DNA of 64,000 nt. Origin: Deltaproteobacteria bacterium. Lineage in GTDB: Bacteria > Myxococcota_A > Polyangia > JAAYKL01. Positions 36,398-50,632 of the stretch are shown one piece after another (position 1 is the stretch's first letter; every line of letters starts with the position of its first letter). The translations under genes and the position numbers were made by a program. Location: the NCBI GenBank assembly GCA_016937015.1, contig JAFGWT010000161.1:11130-75129 (forward strand), in the 5' to 3' direction. The notes beneath the pieces were generated by a model. It had not been told where the DNA came from. It made no database searches and saw only the letters and a list, made by a program, of their open reading frames with translations.

Positions 36398-39300
36398 GAA
36401 TCCGCTAAAGTCATCGTCGATATACGCAGCAATGGCACCCTGTCAGAGCAGGACGTAAATGCGTCGTATATAGTATCCGTTTCCGACTGCTCCGAAATAC
36501 TGGGGTACCGCGTTGCAACAACTGAAGACACACCGTTATTCAGCATGGACAATGCCATTTTCAGTGTCGATTCCTCATCATGCGAGTTTCAGATTCTGCT
36601 GACTGAAAGCGATTTACTTGTGCCGGCAGTTGAATTGTTTTTTTTCGACAATACGACGATGATGTTCTCCGAGTATTTTGCAATCGAACAGATGCCACCT
36701 GCCCTCGAAATGGCGGAACAGGGTGCGGTGAGTATCCAGACCATTGATGGGCAAAATCAAATCGTGTTGCAGTTTACTGCAGAAGATGAAACAGACATTT
36801 CGTATGTGTCCTGGTCCCTTGTGGGGCTTCGGGCATCAGATTTACGTTCGGCGGGCGGCGTGTTGGAGACGGCGAAGAGGAGGGCATTTGTAAACACCCG
36901 AGGCGCCAGGCGGATTTATCCCGAATTCGATATGCAGACGCTGTATACCGCCCGGATGCCGATACCGGATGGTACCTTCGATATTAGTGACTTTTACGCG
37001 AATGGCATTATTTTTGTGGAAATTGACGCTGTGGATGCATCCGGCAATGTGGCGTCGATATCCCGAATGATTATTCCCGGTGGCAATCTGCACGAAGAGG
37101 CATATGGGCTGCAGGTATTTCCGGAACGCATTGTCTTTTCGAATATTGCAGAGAGTGTCACGTTAATTCCCCGAGTTGATTTCCAGTTTCGCGGCGAAAC
37201 CGAACTTACTGGTGGTGGTCATGGTGTCCGATATGTTTCGTCGCATCCGGATTTGGTCCGTGTCACCAGTTCCGGCGTTGTATATCCACTGGTGGAAACA
37301 ACCACTGAGTCCAACATAACCATTACAGTCAGCTATCCCGATGTGCTGCTGCCGGTTGTGATACCGGTGGAAGTGGATGCCAGCAGACGCATTGTGTCTC
37401 TTCGGGCCACATCCCTGAATGACCAGGACCAGTTGGTTCTTCCAAGATTAAACAGCAAATTCTATTTTCCCGACATGCTGGCAGTGTTTGACGATGGTAC
37501 AGAAGCCGCGTTAACATCCCAGCTCGTTTTGGAATGGAAGCTGGCGGATGACGCTGTTGGTATTCTGGAAATTGATTCTGATGAAATTCTGTCGCGCGCG
37601 GCGATTTCTTCGGATGCGCCGTTAAAACTGCATGCAACCGTCCAGCTGCCAGGTTTCGATAATATCACAGCCGCGATTGACGTGGTAGCTATAGATGCAC
37701 CCCCTGCAGCAGAAATCGAATTATCAGCGGAGCGCGTCAATGTGGGAGATATGCTGGTCATTTCTGCCGAAGCGGATGACGATGTTGGGATTAAGGAAGT
37801 TCAATTCCTGGTGAACGGGATTCTTGCAGGAAAACGTCAGTCTGAACCATATAATCTATCGATTTCACCATCGGAGGATTTTCGCGATTCACAAATGACG
37901 ATTGCCGTGGTTCCTGTTGATACTGCGGGGCAGTCTGGAATACCAGCTGAGAAAAAAATCGTGGTGGATTCCGTTGCGGATGCCGCCGACTTAAAATACG
38001 CGATAATCAGTCCCAAACTACAGGAGCGGTTTGTCGAACTGAGTCCGGTCACTTTCGAAGTTGGTCTTTACGGTAATTCGTTTGCACCTGATTCTTCCCG
38101 TGCGTTATATGCGGAGTTTTTTGCGGATGGGAGTCTCATTGGCCGTGCGCATCAGTCGGCAACGAAAAGTCTCGTTCCACCGGGGGGAGAAAAATCGGCT
38201 TATGTCGAAACATGGGCTGTTGATTCCCTTGTACCTGAGATTGCCACCAGCGAGACCAGTTTGTCTTTTTACGCAGTGCTCCATCTGCGTGATGGCCGCA
38301 CGGTTCAATCCGACAGCGGTCTGATTCGTATTGTTGAAAATCATGCCCCCCTTGCGCAACTGGTAGCACCCCTTTCCGGAACGACGGTTGCCGCCGGACA
38401 AACATTGCAGGTGGTAGCCGAGGTTGTCGATGATACCCTTTATAAGGGAACGGAAATCGTGCTTTTTCAAAATGACACGGTTTTTTCCAGTCAGACATAT
38501 CAGAAGAGCACAGAAGGTGGGGACAGTGCCGGGTTGAATCGGGAGACTTTTACCTATAGCGTTCCACTCACCCAAGACATGCTGGCCACAACTCAGCGAT
38601 TCCGAATGGAAGTGCGTGATATGCATGGAAAAGCAGGACACTCTGAAACAATTTCGGTTTTTGTAAAACCGGACACGCCGCCTTCTGTTGCCATTTCGTA
38701 TCCGGTTGATGGCGCCAACTTTGTGGCCGGAATGCCCATTGAGCTGCGCGCCTCCGCTGTGGATGACGTGGGTGTGAAGCACGTGGATTTTTACGTTGAT
38801 TCAAGACTGGTGGGTTCCGATTACAGCGCACCTTTTGCCTGGACTTACGAAACCGACAGTACCATAGAAGATGCCAGACCGATAATGGTGTACGCTGTTG
38901 CGGAGGATACCCGGGGAAATCGGTCGCAAAGTGATTCTGTGATGGCCCTGTTGGCTAAAGATACGCAGCCACCGGTTATCAATATTGCTGCGCCGTCGGT
39001 CACGGGAACGTCCGGTGGTGAAGATGTTGCCACGGTTCTGGAGAATACAACACTGGCCTTTAAGGTGAGTGGTTTCGACAATGTTGGCGTCACCAAAACC
39101 GAACTGAAGGGCGTTGGAATCAGTGCTGGCGTGTTTGTATTTACCGGCGACCTGTCCGATTCAATTTCTGGCGAACTTTTTTATCCTGAAACAGTGCCGG
39201 GCGCGTTGAATGCATTTTCCGCCATTAAAATGATTTCTGTTCCAGCTTATCATGAAGGTAATCAGTACCCGGTGCAAGTTGTGGCTACCGATGAAGCCGG

Positions 39301-42300
39301 GAACAGTTCAACTGTGCGCATTAATGTGCAGGTCAAAGCCGATGAAGCGCCTGTTATTTCGGAAATTCGCGGCGCCCGAAAGATCTGGTTCCCCCGGGAT
39401 ATTATGGGGGTATATATTGCAGCCAAAGATGATCTGATGATCTCGCGAATTGATCTGTCTGTTTTTATCGATGGAGAATCGTTTGCCCGTCTGAGCGAGG
39501 AACGATTACTTGAATCCCAGTCCGCAATGACGCAGGAGCGATTCGACATTGATCTGCCTCAATTTGGTTTAACCAATGCAAATCACGACGTGCGTGTGGA
39601 AATAGATGTATACGATAACATTGGTCAACATGTTGGGGGAGAAGAAACGTTCAATGTCGTGGGGGATGACACAAGTCCAGTGTTTGCGATAAGTGAACCT
39701 GGACTGGGTCAGCCCATGTATCAGGGAGAGAGCCAGGTCGTAAAATGGCGGATCTCTGATGGATCCAGTTTGAAACGACTTGAAATCTATCAGGACGCGC
39801 AACTGGTTTTCAACAGGGATTATACGTCAGGAATATCCAGACGAGCGGACAGTGGACAGTTTGTAATAGCTATCCCGGCGTCTGTGGCAGAGACCAACAT
39901 CCACGCATCTTTTGAAGATGTATTTGGCAATTCGGACACGTATGACCATGCGTATCGAATCGTCGCGGATGCGGCGCCCGCCGTCCGCATCACTTCGCCG
40001 CCACCGGGGACGCGTTTCGCAGAAGGTGAGGCACTGTCTCTGGCATTTTATGTGAGCGACGACCGAGAGGTTGATTCGGTGAATGTATTCATGGAGTCCG
40101 AAAGTGAAACAATTAATATCTATAGCTTCACTGCGTTGGAAATAGCAAATGCGACAGCAGCCGGTGCCTCCTTAAACAGTAAAACCAGAGTACCTCACAG
40201 GACCGATGATGGGACGCCGCAAATGAAAGTGGGTGTCGTCGCGACCGATAATGGAGGCGGCAGCACGACGGCCTATTTGCAGGTGGAGATCACCGATGAT
40301 CTTGAACCGCCGCGTCTTGAAATGCGTATTCCCAATGCTGACGTCACCGCGTTTCCTGGAGACTATATCTCCTTCAAAGGAGAGTGCCACGACAATATTT
40401 ATGTGGAGTCGTTGACTCCTCTACTCATGGATACCGCAGGCGAACCGGTTGCATTGCCGGAGGCGGAGCTCAAGCGACGTGAGTCTGTAGAGACCGTATC
40501 TATCCCCAATCCCAACTCTTTCGGTTCGATGATTGTATCGACCACCTTTGTGCTGGACGGGGAGGGGCGAGTACAGCTTCCTGCCGACCTGATACCCGAT
40601 CGAACATATCGCTTTTATCTTGAAGCCAGTGACGCGGGGTACAACGTTGTTCAAAGCAGCGCGATTGATGTTCTGGTTGTTGCGCCGCCGGCGGATGAAT
40701 CCGGTCCTGTTGTTAATGTGAAAAAGCCCGATAGCTCAGAGTACGAACAGACTGATGTTGTTGCAACTGTGTATCTTAAGGATGATTCCCCTATTGAACG
40801 CTATGAAGTCTTATTGAACGGTGAAGTTCTTGCTGCACAATCGGGTGGCAGCGACACCTCGCTGACACTTACAGCTGATCTTCGCATTCCACCTTTTGAT
40901 TCATCTGATGACGCCACGAATGTCCTTAACTTCTCTGTTGTCGCTGCAGATATTCATGGGAATGAGACAGTATTTGCAAAGCAGGTCGTTGTAATTGAAG
41001 ACGTTCCGCCGACGTTTGCTGTGGTTGATCCGGTGCCCTCCGCTGAGGTGGTAAAAGGCGCTATTGCGTATCAGACAATACTGGCGACCAATGACTATGC
41101 ATCGCTGGAAGAACCGATGGTTTTTTATCCGGTGTATTCGTCAATCAGTAAACTGGCGGCAGGTGACCTTGAGGATGGTGGACGACACCCGGTGGGGCGG
41201 ATTTATTCCGCGGGAGACAAGCGTGTACCGTATATAACAATGGACTATCCCGAAGGGATGGCGCTGCCTGGGAGTGTACGTCTATATGGTGATGAATATC
41301 TATCCGTAAATGCAACCGGCGAAATGAAAGTATGGCCGCCCTCGTGGCGGGAGACAGTATTGCATACTGCTCCCACAAATCGGTTTATGCGGGTTGATTT
41401 TGGCGCTGATTACACTGTCACGTATCTGGTTGAGGAACTCAGTGAAAATGCCTGTGACGGCGCGGCGTTGGAATACACAGTTACCGATGAAAAAGGGATT
41501 GATCTGTCTGATATTGGGCAAACACACGCGTTGTCAATTGAACCAATAGTGACTGACACTCATGGCAATGAGGTTGAAACGTTCATTGATCATATTCGGA
41601 TTGACGCTGTAAATGTTTCGAATGTTGGCAGCTACCGTTCTGCGAATGGTTCCGAACATCGTGTGAAATATCAACCTGTTGTATCAGTGTACATCCACGA
41701 TGTGGATATCAGCGCCGATACGGATAAGCTCGCTGTGATTGCCGCTTCGAAGCCCGTTGTGAGAGACGCAATCGGCGCTGGCATGTACAGCACCATTTTT
41801 CCGCTGGCGAATGAGTATGATCTGAAAGCATTCAATATTATCGCTTTCGGCTTTGATCGAATGACGGCGGACGATCTGATTTTACCGCTTGAGGTGCTCT
41901 CAAGCCGGCGGGCTGCAGCAGATGAAGTGTCGCCGTCTGTTTCGATTTCTGCGCCATTGAACGGGACATCGGTGGTGTCCAACAAACAGTTCACCGTGCG
42001 CTTTGATATTTCTGACAACACAGATGGCGTTCGGTCTGTGCGATTGTATGAAAACAATGGCACGCTGATCAGGGAAATCGGCGGACGGTTTAAAAAAACC
42101 GCATACGCCATCCCATACGAGGTTCCCGCGGACGTGGTTGAAGGGGAACTGGCGTTAAAAGTTGTGGCAGAAGACTACAGCGGAAAGGCGGGATATAGCG
42201 AAATTCATTTGCCGGTTCGCCCCAACGCCAGACCGGAACTCACATATAATTCATTTGCCAGCTATAAAGTAAACGGGCAGTACAAAAAGGTAATAAGTGA

Positions 42301-45300
42301 TGCTGCCATGTTGAACTATGGCGAGTTCTGGGTACGGACGGGTGAGGATTTCAACGTCAATTTTTCCATTAACGACGATGCTGGACTCGCTTCCTGGTCT
42401 ATGTGGATGCTCGATACGCTTGAAAACCGTGTCTCGATGGTTCATGGCGAATCCTTTGATTTGCCACCCTGCCCTGGCCTTTATGTGACTCAAAAAACGA
42501 TCGATGCAACGATGGCGCTGACAAGGAACCAATCGGTGCAGTATGAACTCGTCGCAACAGATATTTCCGGACACGAGACCAGTCGAAAATTTGTCGTACA
42601 CCCATTGGATAATATCGCACCTGAAATTCGTTTTATTGAACCAAAGAGTGATCAGCATGTGGTGTCAGGTATTTTCAGAATGAAAGTGGGCGTTGTTGTC
42701 GCTGACGATCGCATTCTGTCTGCCAATGACATTAAGATTTATGCCAACGGTGCAGAGCTGTCCATTGGTCAGTACGACGAAGTGGCTATGTTCACCGAAC
42801 ACAACAACAATGAACCGGTACTGGATGTCACCGTTGATCAGGCGTTTCTCGATATTTTTGACAGCATGGAGCGCAAATATTCCACCCTGGTGGCGGACGA
42901 CTTTGGAACTTTCGATGCGCCCAACTCTAAACGGTATGCCATATCTGTTGAAATCCCACCTACCTTGACTGCCCGGACGGCCCAGCTGGATTTGATGGCG
43001 ACGATTCAGGATTCAGATGGTGTTTTCAGCAGTCACCAGCGCACATTGAACATTGAACCCGATGAAATCAATCCTTCGGTAAATGTGAAGAGCATGGATG
43101 ATGGTTTCCATGCGGTTGAAGGGGCTTCCTTTGACGTTGAATTCAGTGGAATGGATAATGTGAAAGTTGATCGCATGGCAATGTCCGTGGCGTACAAGGT
43201 TGTAACCCCTGATGGGATGCAGCGTCTTTCTTCTTATGGTGATCCGGTATGGTCAGTACAGGGGATTTCGAATATTGATTATGAACCCGTCAGCACACTA
43301 AATATAGATACCCCCTGGTATACGCGAAACATTCCGGTAAAACGAATTTACGAAATACTCGAACTGATTGGCAATGTGCCTGTTGATGACGATCTGCTGT
43401 TTTACGTAATGGTCAAATTTGATGCGACTGACAGCAGCGGAAATACGTATCAAAGAGTGGTTGCGTATCCGATAAAAATCGATGAACGCCCGTTAGTCGA
43501 TATTGTGGCTCCAATGCCTGGTGCAACAGTGGTTGAAGGCAATCGACTGCCTGTGAATGTTCATGCATTTGATGATGTCAAAGTGGAGAACGTACGCTTT
43601 CGTGCAACGATTGGCGCGTCAGAGACTGAAATATTCAACGAACTCTTGTATCAGTCTCCATACCAGGTGGCCATCTACAATGTACCGGCGTTTGATCCGG
43701 CTTCCTACGACAATAATTTGCTGACAATCCATGTTGAAGCCGTTGACTCATATGGTGTGGCGTATGGAGATTTTGATGCACATCGCGCTGAAGAAACGAT
43801 AACCGTTGAGATTATAGAAGACCAGCCCCCAACAGTCGCCATTGGGACGCCGATGACTGGAGATGAGATTTCTGAAGGTGAGTACCTCCTCATCCAGGTG
43901 AATGCGATAGATGATATTGGTGTGGACCAGGTGACGGTAAATGTGTCTGGGCTCATCAACGGTGATCGGACACTGGTTGATGCCACTTATCCCTATGAGT
44001 ATCTCATTAAAGTGCCATATGGGCAGGCGGGCCGGGATTTCAATGTTGATGCGACCGTGAAAGAAATCAGGTATCAGTCTGATGCGCGGACGAGTCAAAG
44101 TGCCAACACCGTGACGGTCCATGTGTTGAAAGATGCGGAATCCCCGGCGATTGTTGTGCAGGAACCCTCTGAAACTGGGGCAACTGTCTACGAAAAGGGA
44201 TTTTTACAGTATGCAGCGCTCGTTACAGACAATGTTGAGGTGAGCTCGGTTCGTATAAATCTGTATGCTGATGATAACCTGGACGGTGTTTTTGATGCGG
44301 ATGAGGTTGTCAACACCACACTTAAAACAACGCCGCCCTTCAAAGGAACGTTTATTACCAAACCATTTGAAAGTTATCTGGCTGGCGGTATGACACCGCC
44401 GGATCAGATGAACCTCAGAGTTGAATGGATAGCATTGGATGGCGCGGGAAATGAAAGCGCAGCGTTCAGAAATGTTGCGTTGATTCGTAACGCGCCACCT
44501 GAAGTTGTTCAGCTGCAAATACTGGATGAACGCGGCTACAATATGGGTAACGGGCTAACCGAAATCACTGAAGGAAGAGGTATTGTTGTCAGTGTAATCG
44601 CGCAGGATCGCGAAGCAGGTGTGGATTCTGCTCGGCTGTATACAGCCTATGGTACGGAATTTTCAGATGAATCGTATCAGAAGTTTGGTCAGGACGATGC
44701 GGTCCCGTTTCAGTTTCATGTAAATATTCCCACGGGACGCGTTGGTGAAAAATTCTCATTTAGGGCGGATGCAATCGACCTTGACGGATATACATCTGAT
44801 CTCTCATTCACGCGGGAAATTGAGATTGTCGCGGACCTGCCTCCGAATGCGAAAATTGTCAAACCCGCCAATAATCACTCGGTACTGATTGAAGGCGAGG
44901 ATATTGAAGTTTATGTTGAGGCGACAGACGACCTGGGCATTGATGGCATCGATCGCGTCGTTTTCTATGTCAATGATATGCCGGTTTATACGGCCTATTC
45001 GCCATACTCGAACTTCGCCGGATCGTTTGCTCAGGATCATATTTATCGTGCGATTATCAGCCCACCGGCAGGAACAGATGGGTTTGCGGTTTATGCAGAG
45101 GCATTTGATATTCTGGGACATTTTACCAGGACCCAAACGGTGATTATTGGTTCGGTGGCAGACACGGTGAAGCCTAAGCTTTTAATTCAATCACCAGTCG
45201 ACGGTGAAATTCTTACCCAGAATGAACCCCTGACAATTGCAGCGTCCATTGAAGACATTGGTGACGCCGAAGAACGGCACGTATTTGTGAAATTCGTTCG

Positions 45301-48300
45301 GGAGTATCAATACAGTGATGCGATCGGTCCTGTCGATATTGACACTGACGTGACACAAATGCCGCAAAACGGTCAATGGATTGAGATTTCAAGCACAGAT
45401 GAAATAGAGATCTTTAATGTCGCCGAAAAGAGCGACCCCGAAAATTATTTCTATTGGTATGAACATCAGTTCCTTGATGTGGCGGGCACTAAAATTCTCG
45501 ACCGTGATTTTCTGCGCAATGAGCGAGTACGGATGGACGTTACTGTGGTTACGCCAAATCATGTTGTGAAAAAAACAACAGTTCACGAAATTGGTCTGCC
45601 GGTAAGCAAACGCACATTCATGAGCTATTCAGAAGGCAGCAGGTCTGGAAAAGGCCTCTATTACACCACCATCGATCAATTCAAATCCATGGAACGCAGG
45701 GGGGCAGTAATTGCCGCATGGTCTGACAGTAATCCGTTGCTGTGGGAGCCTGACTTAAACAATCAGAATGCGCCGGCGCCAGGATGTACCGGTCTGTTTA
45801 TTTCTGACAGTACCCTTGAAAATGTGGTGGATGACAATGGTGACACTTACGTATATTCAGATTTAGTTACCGGCGCGTCGTACGTATTTGCGGGCAATAT
45901 TTCCGAGATTCATGCTGATGCCAATTTTATCGCTGCTGCAAAATCCGGATCACCGGAGGGTGATTGGGCACGCAGCGCCAATTGCAATGGCATTATCGAT
46001 AAGATTGAACAGAATGACCTGTCCGGCGATGTGGACCTCGAACATCGTGCAGGTGAGTTGCTATTATTTTCGGTAAAAAATGATGAAGGCACTCTGGGCG
46101 TCCCATACCAGCTGGTTGGTCGAATTGATATGCCTTATCCAACCGTTCATGGTATTGCCCGTAAAGATAATCTTGCATTGGTGGCCAACGGAGCGGGTGG
46201 TGTCCAGGTGATTGATATTTCCAGTATTTATTCTCCGTATCACGTTGGGTATATTAAACCCAACGGGTATGCAAGAGATGTAAAAGTGGCCGGTTCATTT
46301 GCGTTTATTGCCGCATCCCATGAAGGACTGGTTGTTGCGGATCTGGCTGACCCAACCATGCCGATGGTCTCCAGCCTGGATACAACTGGTGTGGCAAACC
46401 GCATCTTCATTGATGGTAAAACCGCGTACGTAACCGATATGTCCGGCGATGGCTTTGTTTCCCGTATCAATATTGTCGATATTTCGGACCCATTCGCTCC
46501 GAATTTTGAAAACAGCATTTCACTGACGCCGGCGCGAAATGATCTGGTTGAAAATGGCGTTTACGATGTTTATGTGTCTGGCGGTAAGGCGTATGCAACG
46601 GTTCATTACAAGGATCAGTCAGATCAGCCGGCCCAATCTGTTTTGGAAGTGGTTGATCTTTCGAAATTGGATGACCGTACTCTTGATGCCACTGTTCCTG
46701 CTGTTATTCACCGAGACGCCGATTGGGATGATTACGGTGCCCGAACGGTGACGATTGCCGAAGGTGGCGTGTCTGTCGCCGCAGCCAAACAGGGGATTGT
46801 GCGAATTGATTTACCCACCCTCACAGTACTATCGAATCAACCAGCTGCATTTGAGCAGGATGTGCCCACTGGCGGCATGGCAATTGCGGTGGAACTGTCT
46901 GCCGTTGTGTCGGCGTCGACGGACCTGGGTGAGTTCTTTACAGTGCATGAACTGGATGCAGCAATGGGGCCCAATGTTACAGCGGCACTGTTTGATATTG
47001 GTTTCATGAAAGTTGATGGCGATTCAAACCGGCGCATTGTGCAGCTGGCACTGAAAGACGGCCAGCAGCTTACCTCAAATCAAAAATACGTCGTTAGCGT
47101 ACATTCCGGCCTGGCACCGGAAGTTGGACTTCCACTTCAGGATACAGTTCAGTTTGAGTTCTATACCAGTGCAGCGGGTGATGCGTCCGGGCCCAGTATT
47201 GCGGGTATTATTCCTCAGCAGGGACCTGTTTCAGGTGGAACCATCGTGATGGTCTATGGTACCGATTTTGGAGATTCACCTGAGTTGTATATCGGTGGGC
47301 AGCATCTTGTGGTGGATGAAGTGGTGGCGGCACCTGACCCCGACTCACCTAACTACGGCGTGACGCTCGAGTCCTCTGACAGGATATATGCACGAACCGT
47401 TCCCAACTATGCGGGACCGGCGGCGGTTGAAGTGGTTCATGAAAACGGCTTATGGGATGAAGTGATCGGCGGATTCACATACGTTGATGATTTGTTGATT
47501 TCGTTTATCACTCCAGCTGTCGTTCGAGTTGAACAGCAGGGTGAAGACACTCCTGTGCAGGTCGTGGGATATGGCTTCCACGACGATATACAGATTCGCG
47601 CATGGCAAAGCGGACATCCCGAAACAGCGGTTACCAGCGAGGTGGATGGGGATCGCATTCGGCTCTACAGTTCAGAAAAGCTTACGTGGCGCATTCCTGA
47701 TTTTGACGGCGCGTATCGTGGCTTCGTGGATGTTGAAGTCTCGGATGAAACAGGACGCAAGTATCTTCTTCCCAATGCACTGTTTTATGGTCGATTGAAT
47801 GTGAGTACAGCAGTTGATTTGGCAACCGAGTATGTAACCAAAGTAGATGAAGATGCTCCGGAACAGCCTGTCACTGATACAACAAAACTGCCGTATGGAG
47901 AATTGGTGGATATTGCATCGGATTCCGGTCTAGGTCTGGTCTACGCTTTGGGACATGGGGCTGGAAAAGTCGATCGTTCTCTGCTGCCTTCGGAATCCGC
48001 GTTGCGGCAAACAGCGCCACCCAGTTGGATAGCGCTGTTATATTATGAACGCGACAATCTGGAAGCTGCGGCGCCACTGACGGGGTTGGGATATTACAAT
48101 CTGCGTCCGGATTTAAAATCCAGAGCGCTTACACTGCATGAACAGAATCTGTACGTGAGTGCGAAAGGCTATGAATTTAAATACTTCGATACACCGTATG
48201 AGAGCAGAACATGGTTGCTCACTTATGACCGGGAGGACAGACGCCCCGGTGAATTCTCTGCCGAATCTAAAGACAGGGAACCGCTCAATTACCTGCCGTT

Positions 48301-50632
48301 GTCACTGGATTCAGCGCCCGTTTCCATGGTGGGAGTGGGCAATCTGCTGTTTGCCGGTTCGCCAGAGGGGATTGCAGTGATCAGTCTGGTTGACCCGGAT
48401 AAGCCATCGGTGATCCGCTACATACGAGAGGCGTATATAAAAGGTGTTCCTGTTTCCCTGAAAGTGGCTCAGCTGCAGTTGATCAATAATTATTTGCATG
48501 TTCGTACCAGCACGGGATATCGATTTGTTCTAGATATATCAAGACCGTCGTTGCCTCAGGTCGGCTATCATCGAACTGCTGTGCAACACAGTGCGGTGCT
48601 GGGGGCGAGTGAACGGATTTCATCTTCATTTAATGCCGGACAATTCAGTGTATTTGATGCATCGAACCCCGCCAGTATCACACTGCAGTCGCAATACGAT
48701 TCCATGTCGTTTACATTGGATGCCCCGGCAACAAGTGCGTTTGCATTGAGTACCCTTGCGGGCACCAGTGCGGTGATTGACCCCAAAAAGCAGGGGCTGA
48801 CCGTCGAGCAGCAAGTAGCCTATGCGCTGGCAGGGAGCGACAACGTTGACCCTGAGTACTATCTGTCCTACCTGTCGTTATTCGACTCATCCGGTGTGGA
48901 TCACGTCGAGTTGATGGACGCTGTTGCCCTGCCTCGCAATGTCCGAAAAGCGATCCTTTCCGACGATGGGGTTATTGTGGGTATGTCATTCAAGCAGGTA
49001 CAACTTGTGGATACAATGATGCGTGACCTGATATCGTCATCTCCTGGCAATGGGGAAAAGCGAGTTCCGCTTGATAGCATCGTTAAACTCAAATTCAGTG
49101 CCGCTTTTAATGCAGATGAACTTACTGATGTGCTGCCTTACCTGTCGCTGAGGCGGGATGATGGGACTACGGACGGTGAGCTCATCGCAATTGATCTGTC
49201 AATTAGTGCCGACAGTTTAGACACGCTATTGCTGACACCGGACGCGTCACTGACGCCTGGCGAGAACTATTTTGTCGCGTTAAGGGGAACACCTGGAAGT
49301 CGGCGAACATTGGGTCTGTTTGACTATCGCATTGAGTTTCAGACTGGTGTGGACAGTCTGCCAGCGCCGAAAATTATCAGTGTTTCTCCAGCTTCGGTTT
49401 CGACAAACGGACAGCAGGTGGAAGTTGTTGTCGAACATGCCATCGTCAGCGAAGAACCGGTATCGCCTCGTTTTGAAGTGAGCGGTCAGGTTGCGCCCAT
49501 CATTTCTTTATCGCCACTTTCCAGCGAAACGACATCTTTTGTTATTGACGCGCCTCCCAGTGTTGCAGGACCCGCAAGTCTGAAAGTGGTCAATCAGAAT
49601 GACGGCACAGATATGCTTATCGGCGCTCTTCAGTATATCGAATCACTGGTGGTTGAATCCGTTTCACCCAATCGTGGCCCGCAGTCCGGTGGAAATCTGG
49701 TTACCATTAGAGGCAAAGGATTCCGACCCGGGCTGGCTAAGGTGCGCGTACAGGTGGGTACGGTCTGGCTGGATGATGATCAAATAACGGTTGTTGATCC
49801 GGAAACAATTGAAATCGAAATGCCCCAGGGACCTTTAGGTATCGTGGATGTCAAGGTGGCACTCGATACCGGGGAAAGTCTGACACTGGTCGATGCATAC
49901 GAGTTTCTGCAACAGGCGTCGGTATATTTCGATACAAAACTGACGGGTCATGTTTACGACATGGTTATAGATCCAACAGGTAAATGGCTCGTCGCGGCTG
50001 CAGGTGGCGGCGTGAGTATTTTTGATATTGCAGCCGACGCCGAAAATCATTTGGTCCATCAATTCGCATTGCCTGGCGGATACACTGCGCTTGGAGTGGA
50101 CACTTATTTCGAAAGAGGCGTAGACCGCATATTGGTGACTGGTACCCGCGCGAGCGAGGAGAACGATTCCAAACTGTTTGTAGTGAATTTTGATCCACTG
50201 GATATGACAGACTCAACTGTATTGAGTCAGGTACAACTGGATGCAAGCCTGGCGCGCGGAATTGATGCCACAAACAGCCGGGCGATGATCGCCGCAGGAA
50301 ACAAAGGGCTTGGGATTGTGGATATTTTCCACGCAACCAAAGCCTATTTTAACGAATATTTCGTTCTGCCCGACAACCACGAGGCGTTGGATGTAGAAGT
50401 CATCCCGACCACTGCGGAAGAGCCGGAAAGATATGCTGTTGCGTCGGGAAATTTCAGTGTGGCGACGAATTCTTTGGCAAATGAAGATATTGTGACCACA
50501 GGTGCGTTTTACCTTGTCGAGCATAGTACGCAAAACAGTTTTGCCGTGCTGGACAGCTTACCTGTTCCTGCAAGCCGAGTTGTTGTTTCGGGCGACTATG
50601 CATATCTTGCCGCCGGCACCGGGGGACTGGTG
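36254..50632 (+). CDS. Giant secreted/cell-surface repeat protein, part A (4,792 codons; complete ORF missing from the supplied track)
   Basis: In a manual codon-by-codon read of frame +2, ATG 36254 runs to TGA 50630-50632 with no internal stop; the previous in-frame stop is TAA 36071. Signal peptide: KRLWAAFTTLLLSAVTLPSGLHA/ES. Big_2-like segment: VRYVSSHPDLVRVTSSGVVYPL. About 20 Ig-like modules, e.g. ISYPVDGANFVAGMPIELRASAVDDVGVKHVDFYVDS around 38700. LVIVD repeats: GGVQVIDIS around 46200 and RINIVDISDP around 46465. IPT/TIG: GPVSGGTIVMVYGTDFG around 47225 and SPNRGPQSGGNLVTIRGKGF around 49665. Confidence 0.9.
37697..45330 (+). repeat. Array of about 20 degenerate Ig-like modules (roughly 105-115 aa each) within the giant ORF
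   Basis: A recurrent pattern: P-x-[VI]-x-[IV]-x-x-P start, then a DD/DN-x-[GK]-[VI]-x-x-[VI]-x-[FLV] core. Examples: AEADDDVGIKEVQFLVNG (~37765), ASAVDDVGVKHVDFYVDS (~38750), FDNVGVTKTELKG (~39075), HAFDDVKVENVRFRA (~43565), NAIDDIGVDQVTVNV (~43900), EATDDLGIDGIDRVVFYVND (~44915). A non-canonical insert lies at about 41.0-41.9 kb. Confidence 0.7.
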
